A stretch of DNA of 51,822 nucleotides from Candidatus Heimdallarchaeota archaeon (GTDB taxonomy: Archaea; Asgardarchaeota; Heimdallarchaeia; Hodarchaeales; Hodarchaeaceae), in the NCBI GenBank assembly GCA_019057635.1, contig DXJL01000149.1, positions 1 through 51,822 of the forward strand, read 5' to 3'. This document shows, in pieces, positions 18,856 to 28,025 of this stretch. Positions within the stretch are counted from its first letter, which is position 1. Each line of letters begins with the position of its first letter. A program made the translations under genes and the position numbers. Below the pieces are notes generated by a model. It saw nothing but the letters and a program-made list of their open reading frames with translations, was not told the origin of the DNA and ran no database searches.

Positions 18856-20598
18856 TTATTCCCCCTGCAAAATTATCTGTTTTTCATTTTGAGATAATTC
18901 ATAAAAATTGAAAACAATTTCGTCAATAATGGACCTAACATAATACATCTTTGAATATTTACCATTTATCTCTTCGACGTAAGATTTATTGACTTTAATT
19001 CCTATTTTTTTTTCTAGCCATGGTAAGTCGTCTACATTTCTTGTTCGAAAAAACCTATCGAGCTGCTTTATTAACTTAAAGAGATTCCTTGTATGATTTT
19101 TTTGATTAAAGATTGACTGATTAACCATATTATCTAGTAGTTGTCTTAGCTCTTTCCCTTCCATAAGATACAATTTGAAGATTTCTCCAATCACGAAGAA
19201 TTGGTCTATGTTTGATTCCTGTTTTACAGTAGAACAAATATCAGAGAGCTGACCTATTTCTATCATATTCTTAATTTTGCTACGGAAGTCAGAATTCGAC
19301 TCACCATTCAAACGAGGAATTATCAATTTATTTAAATATGGTTTATCTAAATCTTTACTTGTTACAAATCGTTTAGTATATATTGCATGTTGTAACCACC
19401 AAGTTATAAACTTAGATTGAAGTAAAGCACCATATGCATGAATATAATTGGACGAGGAATAAGGAGGAATTATATTAATAACAGTTTCATGAGTAAGGTG
19501 GACACCAGAGGAATCAACCCAAATTGGAAGATCTAATTGGAATTTTGGTTTGGTTTTATAAGCAATTATGCGTTGTCCAATGATTTTAGGTTGCCTTAAT
19601 CTTTTAAACTTAATTTCAGGAACATTTTCAGTGACATAATTACGTTCTGGTAATAAAAACCCGTGTGTAAGCGAAACTTTTTCTATTAATGGAGTAGATA
19701 CGTCTTTTACACGAAATTGACTACTTAAACCACGAAAAGCAGTCCATTCAATTCTTCTGTGATCTTTCAGAAGCTTTTCCATTAGTTTCTGCTCTGAGGG
19801 AGTTACACCCACTAAAAAATTATCGAAACGAATCGCATTTTGAGTCTTAATCTTGGAGACGAAAACTAATTTCTCTTTCTCAGAATCCCATATCCCAGTT
19901 TGGAATTCTAAAGATGGAGAGATTTTTTGTAGTGTAAGGGCGACTTGCTCTTGCAATTGACCAGAAAATTGATTTGCTAAATCATATACTTCTAAAAGAC
20001 GAACCTGAGTTAGACATAGTTGTCGAAACATTTTCCATTTATTAGAGTAAATAAAAGGTTTAGGTAAAATAAAAGAAAGGATACCCCTGTCTTTTAAGAG
20101 GTTAATTGACTTCAGTACGAAATATAGAGCAGATTCTGACGGAATATTCTCCTGGGTTTCTTTGGGACGCAGCTTTCTTATTTTATCCCACTCTTGTGGA
20201 GAATATTTTGCATGGTGAGGAGGATTAGATATGATTAAATCGTATTTTCTTCCATTATTCTCTGTATCAAATTCAGTCAGAAAATTTTTGAGATGAAAAA
20301 CAACAGTACATGTATCATCATTTACAGAGTTAATCACTAATGATTTAGCTTTTGAGAGCGCAGAAGGGTCAATATCTAAAGCATCGATATTGATAGAACT
20401 AAATCTATTCTTTAATATCTGAATAAGTGTTTTGCAAAAAATTCCTTCTCCAGCTGATGGATCTAACACTAAGAGAGTATCATTATCTCTTGGTTCATCA
20501 AGATAATAGATAATGTTTCCAATTATTGCCTGTACAATGTTTTCAGGTGTAAAATATTGCCCTTTTTCACTCTGAGTACTTGACAAGCTGAGTCCCAA
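18856..20598 (-). CDS. Gamma-class amino-DNA methyltransferase with variant NPPH motif IV
   Basis: GQYFTP, VLDPSAGEGIF, YDLIISNPPH, LLKDRGILSFILP, PKIIGQRI. Confidence 0.88.
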   Translation of the reverse strand: MGLSLSSTQSEKGQYFTPENIVQAIIGNIIYYLDEPRDNDTLLVLDPSAGEGIFCKTLIQILKNRFSSINIDALDIDPSALSKAKSLVINSVNDDTCTVVFHLKNFLTEFDTENNGRKYDLIISNPPHHAKYSPQEWDKIRKLRPKETQENIPSESALYFVLKSINLLKDRGILSFILPKPFIYSNKWKMFRQLCLTQVRLLEVYDLANQFSGQLQEQVALTLQKISPSLEFQTGIWDSEKEKLVFVSKIKTQNAIRFDNFLVGVTPSEQKLMEKLLKDHRRIEWTAFRGLSSQFRVKDVSTPLIEKVSLTHGFLLPERNYVTENVPEIKFKRLRQPKIIGQRIIAYKTKPKFQLDLPIWVDSSGVHLTHETVINIIPPYSSSNYIHAYGALLQSKFITWWLQHAIYTKRFVTSKDLDKPYLNKLIIPRLNGESNSDFRSKIKNMIEIGQLSDICSTVKQESNIDQFFVIGEIFKLYLMEGKELRQLLDNMVNQSIFNQKNHTRNLFKLIKQLDRFFRTRNVDDLPWLEKKIGIKVNKSYVEEINGKYSKMYYVRSIIDEIVFNFYELSQNEKQIILQGE

Positions 20599-20613
20599 AA
20601 ATCGTATTTTTCG

Positions 20614-22578
20614 CTAGGAGCTGAGATTTAACATAGCTTTAATTTTCTTCGCAGTGAAAGTCTTACCAGTAAGTACATTGCCACTCATTATAATAAGACG
20701 ATGTTTGTTTTTCCTTATTCTTAATAGTAAATCCTTCAGTATCTCATCGTAATCGTCTGATCTCGTGGATAACTCAACCACTTGACTACTACTAGGAACA
20801 CGAAGGGAATTCATATATGAATCTATTAAACTTTCATAACGGTTATAAATTATGATATCTGCATCACTTTTAGTAAGAGATTGCTCTTCTTGACTCCTAG
20901 CATCGAAATTCAATTTGAGATCAATTTTTGATGTACTAGTATGTAGGAATATTGGATTAAAAGCTCTAAATTTCTTAATTAATGTCTCCCTATGAGTTGG
21001 ATGTGATGGAGAGTTAAGATTAGTTCCGTCAAAAATCACAATATTGGATTTATTACGACGAAGAAGGCAAGATACCAGCCATATTGCGAGAAGATATGTA
21101 TGAGCACTTTCCCATGAAGAATAATCATGTAGATTTTCACGGTATAACTTTCGAACATGATCGGTTGAAATGATAGTAACCCTCGGACTTTTAGATGAGG
21201 TGCATAGGCTTAAAACTTTTTTAATATTGTCGAGAATTGTATATAGCTCTTTTTTAGAATTGAATGACGGTTTCACTTCCACTTGTTCTCGTAACAAATC
21301 CAAACAGATACCTATAAATTCACGTTGAGCAGATTTTGTTTTGTTAATATTTAAATGGGTAACGACCTCAGTTCCATCAATTTTTACATCCTTGAGATAA
21401 GTTGGTCTTTGGGATTCACTCCTTCTTCTTATATCAGCAAACAATGCATCATTAGGGAGGGGTTTGTTTCCAAGAATTTTCCCCTTAGCATGGTGAAATA
21501 GTAAGAAATCTTCAAGGAATTTAGGGGCAATGCCATAGAGTAACCGCCTTATCAAATAATTCTTGTATTCCTCCTTATTATCATCGAGAGAATATGGTAA
21601 AGGGATTTTATGAATTGATATTAGATGTATTATCTCATCTATGCGCTTGTTTGGAAATTTAAGCCTTTTGAGAATACGAGTTAAGAAATTTTTATTTAGA
21701 TCTGGAAGGAGGAAGGATGAATTAGAAGGGATGGCAGATAACTGATGAAAAAGAACAGAATATCGGAGATTTATTGATGATTCATTAGTTAAATCATCTA
21801 AAATACGCAAAGTAATCTCAAAACGAGATAAATTTATTGAAGGTAGAATATTCTGCATTAATTCATCTTTATATTCAGGTATTAGATGTTTCAGAAGATT
21901 GGTGGAATTTAGAGATCGAATTGCTTGCAGCCAATATAGCCCACCCATTAATTTATGAAATTCGGTTTCAATTCGCTCTTTTGAAATTTGGTCAAAGATG
22001 TGTAAATGCCTTGGTACCGCAGCAAGGGATGATTCCTCAACAGAATATCCTAATTGAGAAACAAATCTGAATATTCTGATTAATCTGAGGCCATCTTCCT
22101 CTAAACGAGCATCAGGGTCACCAACCAAACGTAAAATTTTATTAACAATATCAGAACGTCCATTGTAAGGATCTGTAAAAAATTCAGTAATGGGATCATA
22201 TGCAATTGCATTAATTGTGAGATCACGTCGAGCAAGATCCTCTTCAATATCAGTTACAAATTGAACATGGGATGGACGACGACCATCTTCATATTCCCCT
22301 TCGACCCGAAAAGTTGTAATCTCTATTGAAAGATTTTTAAATAGAAGAGTAACCGTTCCGTGTTGTATACCAGTTGGAATTACCTTGAATTTCTTAAATA
22401 ACTCCATAACTTCAGATGGAGATGCGTCTGTTGCAATATCCCAGTCATTTGGTTGAATTTCACCTCTTAGAAGATCACGAATTGACCCGCCAACAATAAA
22501 TGCCTTATATCCTACGGAAGAAAATTTGTGACAAACCTCAAGAATTTCTGCAGGAAAGTGACTTGCGGTGAATTCCAT
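20614..22578 (-). CDS. cca: Class II CCA tRNA nucleotidyltransferase fused to a C-terminal P-loop kinase-like domain
   Basis: VGGSIRD, DWDIAT (DxD), EITTFR, flexible loop YEDGRRP, RRDLTINA, EDGLRLIR (EDxxR), SKERI; Walker A GNVLTGKT at the C-terminus. Confidence 0.88.
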   Translation of the reverse strand: MEFTASHFPAEILEVCHKFSSVGYKAFIVGGSIRDLLRGEIQPNDWDIATDASPSEVMELFKKFKVIPTGIQHGTVTLLFKNLSIEITTFRVEGEYEDGRRPSHVQFVTDIEEDLARRDLTINAIAYDPITEFFTDPYNGRSDIVNKILRLVGDPDARLEEDGLRLIRIFRFVSQLGYSVEESSLAAVPRHLHIFDQISKERIETEFHKLMGGLYWLQAIRSLNSTNLLKHLIPEYKDELMQNILPSINLSRFEITLRILDDLTNESSINLRYSVLFHQLSAIPSNSSFLLPDLNKNFLTRILKRLKFPNKRIDEIIHLISIHKIPLPYSLDDNKEEYKNYLIRRLLYGIAPKFLEDFLLFHHAKGKILGNKPLPNDALFADIRRRSESQRPTYLKDVKIDGTEVVTHLNINKTKSAQREFIGICLDLLREQVEVKPSFNSKKELYTILDNIKKVLSLCTSSKSPRVTIISTDHVRKLYRENLHDYSSWESAHTYLLAIWLVSCLLRRNKSNIVIFDGTNLNSPSHPTHRETLIKKFRAFNPIFLHTSTSKIDLKLNFDARSQEEQSLTKSDADIIIYNRYESLIDSYMNSLRVPSSSQVVELSTRSDDYDEILKDLLLRIRKNKHRLIIMSGNVLTGKTFTAKKIKAMLNLSS

Positions 22579-22675
22579 GGTCAGACCTCATCTGTATACT
22601 TTCGAATTGAGGAAAAGGACTATTAAAAGCTATAATATCTTCCATTGATTAACTAAACTTTCTGAGAGATGATAT

Positions 22676-25297
22676 TTGCAACAGCTATCTCAAAACCTAA
22701 AAGAGCTTTATGTATTACTTCTTCAAGAAGGACGCTTCCTAAATTGGTCGGATGCAGTCACCTTTGAGGTAGCTTTAAATTCACTTATTAAATTCCTCTC
22801 CTTATTTTATTACCAACCATGGAACAAAATCGTAGAAGAGCCATTTTCTTCATTGAAAAAGACAGAAAAAAGGATGATTTTTCTCGAAAAATTTTTTCAT
22901 TCATTTGAGTATTCTGCAGGTGGAAATGAAAAGCAGGCTGTAGAGAAATCAATATTTTATCTATCAGCTCCTACACCGAAAGAAAAACAACTACTAAAAA
23001 GTATTCCAGGTGAAGATTGGAATCAAGTGATTAATCTTCTAGAGACTTATACATTCAACTCTGTGGAAAAATTCCAAGAGTCTACTAACCAAGAGGGTGA
23101 AATAACCCCTGAATTTCTTTCATTCTTTGCAGAAATTGTCATAAATGAATTTGAAAAAGATTTTTCAGTTTCACCTAAAGTATCAAGTCGAAAAACAAAA
23201 GGAGTATACTATTCACCTTGGAAAATCATCAGAGAATTGGCCGATAATCTCATATCTGATGACAGAACTCAGGTAACGGTTTTAGACCCTAGTTGTGGGA
23301 CTGGTTCATTTTTACTTTATACGACAGAAAGAATTTATCAAAATCAACAGAAATACGAAGGCAATTATGAAGATAATCCATCAAACATCGTCAAAAACTT
23401 CATTTACGGTGTAGATAAATCAAGTTCGGGTATATTAGTTACAAAATTAAGATTACTTCTCTGGATTTTAGGTAAAGATCCCGAATCAAATTTAGATACT
23501 GAAACACATATTTTTTCAAATATTCGAGAGGGAAACTCACTTTTTGGCTTTATTAATGAAAAATTTAATCCGACTATTGATTTAATTAATTATTTATCCC
23601 AGAATATTCAGAAAATAGGGGTAAAGAGTTCCAAACTTGTTGAAATGGAAAAGTATCTGAATAAAGATTGGGTTATTTGCTGTGACATACTCAAATCTGT
23701 TTTAACAGAGAGAGATTTCGTAATTAGAGCAAATATCGATTCTTTAATGGAACAGGTAAATAAAGATCTTTCAAAGATATTTAATAATGCATACGTTCAA
23801 TTTTTATCAACCTTAACGAACCAAACTATGAATTTGAAGTCCCTATATAATACAAAAGTAACCCAACTTGAATTTTTTCATTGGGGATTGATGTTTCCCG
23901 AGATTCTGAGACAAGGTGGATTTGATATTTGCTTGGGTAATCCTCCATATGGTCGTTCAATCCTTTCAGTGACTGAGAAAAATATCTTGAAGGCGTCCTA
24001 CAGTTCATGTAAGGGCTCTAACGCGAAAAAAATTAGTTTAAATGCAGCTGGGGCATTTATTGAACGTTCAATAAAACTCCTTAAACCAGAAGGTCGTTTG
24101 GCATTTATTCTCCCATTTTCAATCCTTAGGGTTGAAGAATTTGAAAGAATTCGTGATTATATTCTAGAAAAAACCGTGATAGACGAAATTCACGATGAAT
24201 CTGCAGCATTTCAAACTGTAACACTAGAGATGTGTTCATTAATCTTAACCAAACAACAAAAAAACGACTATCCGATTTTTATTAAACCTAGAAAGGGTTT
24301 AAAACTAGTATCACAGGTAAATAAATCGGTTTTTATGAACTACAAACGGTTTATGATATATTATGACACAAATTGGCAGATAATTACTCGAAATGGGGAA
24401 TTTTCTCAAATAATGGGAGATTATGGAGTAGATCATAGGATTGTTAAGAAAGATTTGAAACGGAATTACACTCCTTCCATGGAATATGTAGTTCCTTTTC
24501 TTCATTCAGGAAGATGTGTCACTCGTTATGCACTGAATCCTAATTATTTTCATTGGTCAAAATCGAATCATAAGAATCCTAGATTTATCGACTATCTTGA
24601 GAAACCTAAACTTGTTTGTACTGCAATTGGTAACGAGTTTCGGGTAGCTTACAAACCTAGGGGAATCGTACCAGGAACAAATGTCTCAATAATGGAAATT
24701 TCAAACCCTCAACATGATTTCTTTCCTCTAATGATTATACTCAATTCTTCTCTAATTAATTATTTATTAAAACGATATATATTGAATTATTCTCATCTAA
24801 CGGTCTATCTACACAAATATTATACACAATTAATACCAATAAAATATCCATGGTCTTATGAAAAGGAATGGAGAATAATTGGGACCTATATATCCTTGTT
24901 GAATCAGATACAACAATTGAACCTTGGACTCTCCTACCAGAAAGAATTGAAATTTTTGGGAGAAATTACAGAGCACATGGTTTACCATTTATATCTTCCA
25001 GAAATTTATACAGATTCAAAATTGACGTTAACATCCATACTTCAGGATTCCCTTCTTGAAATCCAATTTGAGGATTGTATTGAGGCACTCTTATCCCCAA
25101 CTAGCGATATTGAGGAGATTATAAAGGAAAAAAATTCTGATGTAATGATAGCTGAAGCAAGAATACTGGCTGTCATTAGTACATTGAAAACTGAATCAAT
25201 TCTTAATATCCTCTCTCAATCCAAGCAACTAAGAGAAAAATCGGGAATAACGAAAAAAATACTCCTTGATACAACACCAAAGATGATTCGAACATAA
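22676..25297 (+). CDS. Eco57I-like amino-DNA methyltransferase (no recognisable nuclease domain)
   Basis: GVYYSP, VLDPSCGTGSFL, IYGVD, FFHWGLMFPEI..GGFDICLGNPPY, ILNSSLINY. Confidence 0.9.
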   Translation: MQQLSQNLKELYVLLLQEGRFLNWSDAVTFEVALNSLIKFLSLFYYQPWNKIVEEPFSSLKKTEKRMIFLEKFFHSFEYSAGGNEKQAVEKSIFYLSAPTPKEKQLLKSIPGEDWNQVINLLETYTFNSVEKFQESTNQEGEITPEFLSFFAEIVINEFEKDFSVSPKVSSRKTKGVYYSPWKIIRELADNLISDDRTQVTVLDPSCGTGSFLLYTTERIYQNQQKYEGNYEDNPSNIVKNFIYGVDKSSSGILVTKLRLLLWILGKDPESNLDTETHIFSNIREGNSLFGFINEKFNPTIDLINYLSQNIQKIGVKSSKLVEMEKYLNKDWVICCDILKSVLTERDFVIRANIDSLMEQVNKDLSKIFNNAYVQFLSTLTNQTMNLKSLYNTKVTQLEFFHWGLMFPEILRQGGFDICLGNPPYGRSILSVTEKNILKASYSSCKGSNAKKISLNAAGAFIERSIKLLKPEGRLAFILPFSILRVEEFERIRDYILEKTVIDEIHDESAAFQTVTLEMCSLILTKQQKNDYPIFIKPRKGLKLVSQVNKSVFMNYKRFMIYYDTNWQIITRNGEFSQIMGDYGVDHRIVKKDLKRNYTPSMEYVVPFLHSGRCVTRYALNPNYFHWSKSNHKNPRFIDYLEKPKLVCTAIGNEFRVAYKPRGIVPGTNVSIMEISNPQHDFFPLMIILNSSLINYLLKRYILNYSHLTVYLHKYYTQLIPIKYPWSYEKEWRIIGTYISLLNQIQQLNLGLSYQKELKFLGEITEHMVYHLYLPEIYTDSKLTLTSILQDSLLEIQFEDCIEALLSPTSDIEEIIKEKNSDVMIAEARILAVISTLKTESILNILSQSKQLREKSGITKKILLDTTPKMIRT

Positions 25298-25412
25298 ATT
25301 ATGATCTATTTGACCTATAGACAAGTTCAATATTTCTTTCTTGATGTATTTCTATCTTTTACCCATTCATTTACCTTCACCGACTAAAAGGACTGATTTG
25401 GTAAAACTGGGA

Positions 25413-25470
25413 TAATACGTGAGTAATACGAAAAATAATACGTCAATTTAGGTAATCTCCCATTTAGGTA
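25413..25470. repeat. Short direct repeats: TAATACG x3 and ATTTAGGTA x2
   Basis: TAATACG at 25413, 25424, 25436; ATTTAGGTA at 25446 and 25462. Confidence 0.55.
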
Positions 25471-25571
25471 GACCTGCGGCAAGAATCTAAGAAATATTTA
25501 TAAAGTTAAACATTTAGTATAATTGTCACTCAGTTTTTTATCTTTAGAAATTAGTACAAAGAGGCTAACGG

Positions 25572-25739
25572 ATGCAAGACCCAATTGATGGTGCACAACT
25601 CCTCAAGGGATTAACGCAAGAAATGACTGATTCTCAGAAATCGATTATCACACAATTAGTTCAGGGTCAAAATGTTTTTTCTAAATATTCAATTTCTGAC
25701 GCTCTAACTGAACTTGATGATCTTTTTGATTCAAAATAA
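25572..25739 (+). CDS. Small acidic hypothetical protein (55 aa)
   Basis: GAGG SD at 25561, then ATG; MQDPIDGAQLLKGLTQEMTDSQKSIITQLVQGQNVFSKYSISDALTELDDLFDSK; below the ORF track cutoff. Confidence 0.5.
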   Translation: MQDPIDGAQLLKGLTQEMTDSQKSIITQLVQGQNVFSKYSISDALTELDDLFDSK

Positions 25740-25933
25740 TTGATTGGTTGAAGTGTAAATCACGCATAATATCTGTACACAACTTGTGTCGTTCTTCCTC
25801 ATTTCTTGATGATGACATATTACCAGAACTCGAAATTCAGAGTAACAAACCCATGACTGAATTTATAGATTATGGGTGATATTTGAAATCGTCATATTTG
25901 GATAAGTGAATAGTCTGTAGGCGGCCCTTTTCA

Positions 25934-26115
25934 ACTCTCATTAACCTTATCTGCCGTTCTGAAAGACTTACCCAAATAAGACAGCTAAGAATAATGATTC
26001 CCAACCATCTTTGGAGCTATTCTTCCTGATTCATAGACGCATGCCTGCTTAGATGCAGGTCTTACCGCCTCTCCACAGGCGTTTAAGGTCTCCGCGGAAC
26101 TCTCGGCGACCTGAT
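25934..26115 (-). ncRNA. Putative TnpB omega-RNA (reRNA) scaffold plus flanking guide
   Basis: GCCGAGAGTTCCGCGGAGACCTTAAACGCCTGTGGAGAGGCGGTAAGACC...ATGAATCAGGAA resembles conserved tnpB 3' ends; hairpin CCTGC-N6-GCAGG; locally GC-rich. Confidence 0.6.
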
Positions 26116-26383
26116 TGACTAGGAACGTTTCTTCTTTTAAACTTAGGTAACTCTCTGATCTAAATCAAAGTTGCTTCTTTCCTGTTATTCTCGGATCAAG
26201 AGGTCAATTAGTTTCTCGTTTTGACCAGCATCTCATGAGATCGGTCTACTACTCTGCTCTTTCCATATTTTCCGCTCTCTTCCCCTTTCCTTTGCAATAT
26301 TGCTTCTATTCTCTTCCCTTTTCCCTGGAATATCTGTCCATATTTGTCTCTATTTGTCCACAGAAATATTCACTATTGTCAAC
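25954..26383 (-). mobile_element. Non-autonomous IS607-family derivative (MITE-like) with tnpB tail remnant
   Basis: Right end GTAAGTCTTTCAGAACGG, left junction TTTAGGG|TTGAC with three 10-bp tandem repeats, and a TnpB-like tail VAESSAETLNACGEAVRP. Confidence 0.65.
26331..26360. repeat. Three imperfect 10-bp tandem repeats (TATYTGTCYM)
   Basis: TATCTGTCCA TATTTGTCTC TATTTGTCCA. Confidence 0.75.
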
Positions 26384-26421
26384 CCTAAAATTTTAATACT
26401 AATTGATTATTTCCAAGATTC

Positions 26422-27396
26422 GTGAGTCAAGATATTATTGATGCATATCAAAGAATAAAGGATTATGTAAATAAAACACCTGTTATGACATCTCGTACTC
26501 TTAATGAACTCATCTCAGCTCATATTTACGTTAAATGCGAGAATTATCAGCGAATAGGCGCATTTAAAGCTCGTGGAGCTTTTAATGCTATTAAACAACT
26601 CATAGAAGACTCACATCCTGCTGGAGTGATAACTCATTCATCAGGTAATCATGCTCAGGCTGTTGCTTTAGCTGCACGTGAATTAGGAGTGAAAGCATTA
26701 ATAATTATGCCTAAAAACGCCCCTCTTGTTAAAAAAGCGGCTACTAGAGGATATGGTGCGACAATTATTGAATGTGGAAATTCCCCAACAGATCGTGTAG
26801 TAAAAACCAAAGAAGTAGTTGAAAAATATGGGTATCCGCTTGTTCACCCTTACAATGATTACAAGATAATCCATGGGGCAGGTACAGCTGCTTATGAACT
26901 TTTAACCGAAGTAGGGAAACTAGATTATGTATTAGCACCTGTAGGAGGTGGAGGATTACTCAGTGGAACTTCAATATGTGTCAAATCTCTATTTCCAGAT
27001 ACAATTGTTATCGGCGTCGAACCACTAAATGCTAATGATGCATACCTCTCATTTAAGGATGGAACAAAAATATACCCATCTATAAACCCTAAAACTATCG
27101 CTGATGGGTTACGTACTAATTTGGGAGATATCACATTTAAAACTATAAAAGAAAACGTAGATGATATAATTACAGTGTCAGAAAAACAAATTATTTCCGC
27201 TATGAAGTTTCTTTGGGAAAGAATGAAGATAGTAGTTGAACCATCTGGAGCTGTTCCCTTAGCAGGATTATTTCGTCTTGCAAATGAAGAATCGAACTAC
27301 AAAATCAAAAATAAGAAAATTGGTTTGATTATTTCGGGAGGGAATATCGATTTAACTGATTTTTTTAACACATTATCAAGTTTAATTGCAGAATGA
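26422..27396 (+). CDS. PLP-dependent serine/threonine dehydratase (serine racemase-like, no ACT domain)
   Basis: KCENYQRIGAFKARGA, SSGNHAQ, VGGGGLLSG, VEPSGA, ISGGN. Confidence 0.93.
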   Translation: MSQDIIDAYQRIKDYVNKTPVMTSRTLNELISAHIYVKCENYQRIGAFKARGAFNAIKQLIEDSHPAGVITHSSGNHAQAVALAARELGVKALIIMPKNAPLVKKAATRGYGATIIECGNSPTDRVVKTKEVVEKYGYPLVHPYNDYKIIHGAGTAAYELLTEVGKLDYVLAPVGGGGLLSGTSICVKSLFPDTIVIGVEPLNANDAYLSFKDGTKIYPSINPKTIADGLRTNLGDITFKTIKENVDDIITVSEKQIISAMKFLWERMKIVVEPSGAVPLAGLFRLANEESNYKIKNKKIGLIISGGNIDLTDFFNTLSSLIAE

Positions 27397-27398
27397 TA

Positions 27399-27998
27399 TC
27401 AAGGTGAAGCAGATTTTTGATTAGTTACCCCGTGTCGGGAAATTATCTGATCTCCTTCACCTAATTTGATATTCGCAAAACGACTGAAGACAAAGAGAAG
27501 ATCAGACAAGCGGTTAATATATCTCAAGATCTCAGGATTAACTTCCTCTAATTTCATAAATCGAATAATATTCCTTTCTACACGCCGACAAATGGTTCTA
27601 GACTGGTGTAAAAATACTGCTGATTTTATTCCTCCTGGAATAACAAAATTTTTTATCGGAGGAAGTTGATCGGTCAGTTCATCAGCAATTGTCTCCAATT
27701 CAATTATGTCTTCAGAGGTAGTCCTTTTAATTCCCTTTAATAGATCATTTTTTTCCTCGAAATGGTGAATTGGGGTAGCTAATTCAGCTGCTATCATGAA
27801 TAAGTGCTGCTGGATCTTATGGACAAATTCAGCAAGGAGAGGCTTCGAAAAAACTTTACTTACCCCTAAACTTGTAATTAATTCATCAACTGTCCCATAA
27901 GCTTCTATGCGTGGGTCAATTTTTTCGATCCGCTCTCCTGTTTTCCCTTTATCCCCTTTCCTAGTATAGATACTCCTAGACATGTTCATTATCTTCAT
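27399..27998 (-). CDS. pduO: PduO-type ATP:cob(I)alamin adenosyltransferase
   Basis: IYTRKGDKGKT, EAYGTVDEL, FVIPGG, RTICRRVER, YINRLSDLLF. Confidence 0.93.
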   Translation of the reverse strand: MKIMNMSRSIYTRKGDKGKTGERIEKIDPRIEAYGTVDELITSLGVSKVFSKPLLAEFVHKIQQHLFMIAAELATPIHHFEEKNDLLKGIKRTTSEDIIELETIADELTDQLPPIKNFVIPGGIKSAVFLHQSRTICRRVERNIIRFMKLEEVNPEILRYINRLSDLLFVFSRFANIKLGEGDQIISRHGVTNQKSASP

Positions 27999-28025
27999 AC
28001 CTTACTAATACTCATTTAATTCTTC

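Noticed and set aside
25276-25292. CCAAAGATG shared (inverted) between the MTase 3' end and the IS607-like element near 26006-26014
   Set aside because: Only 9 bp exact, and it lies inside the scaffold rather than the predicted guide; consistent with chance
25300-26420. Possible CRISPR array or tRNA in the long intergenic region
   Set aside because: No 25-40-bp regularly spaced repeats and no cloverleaf or T-loop; the structured part is better explained by the IS607-like element
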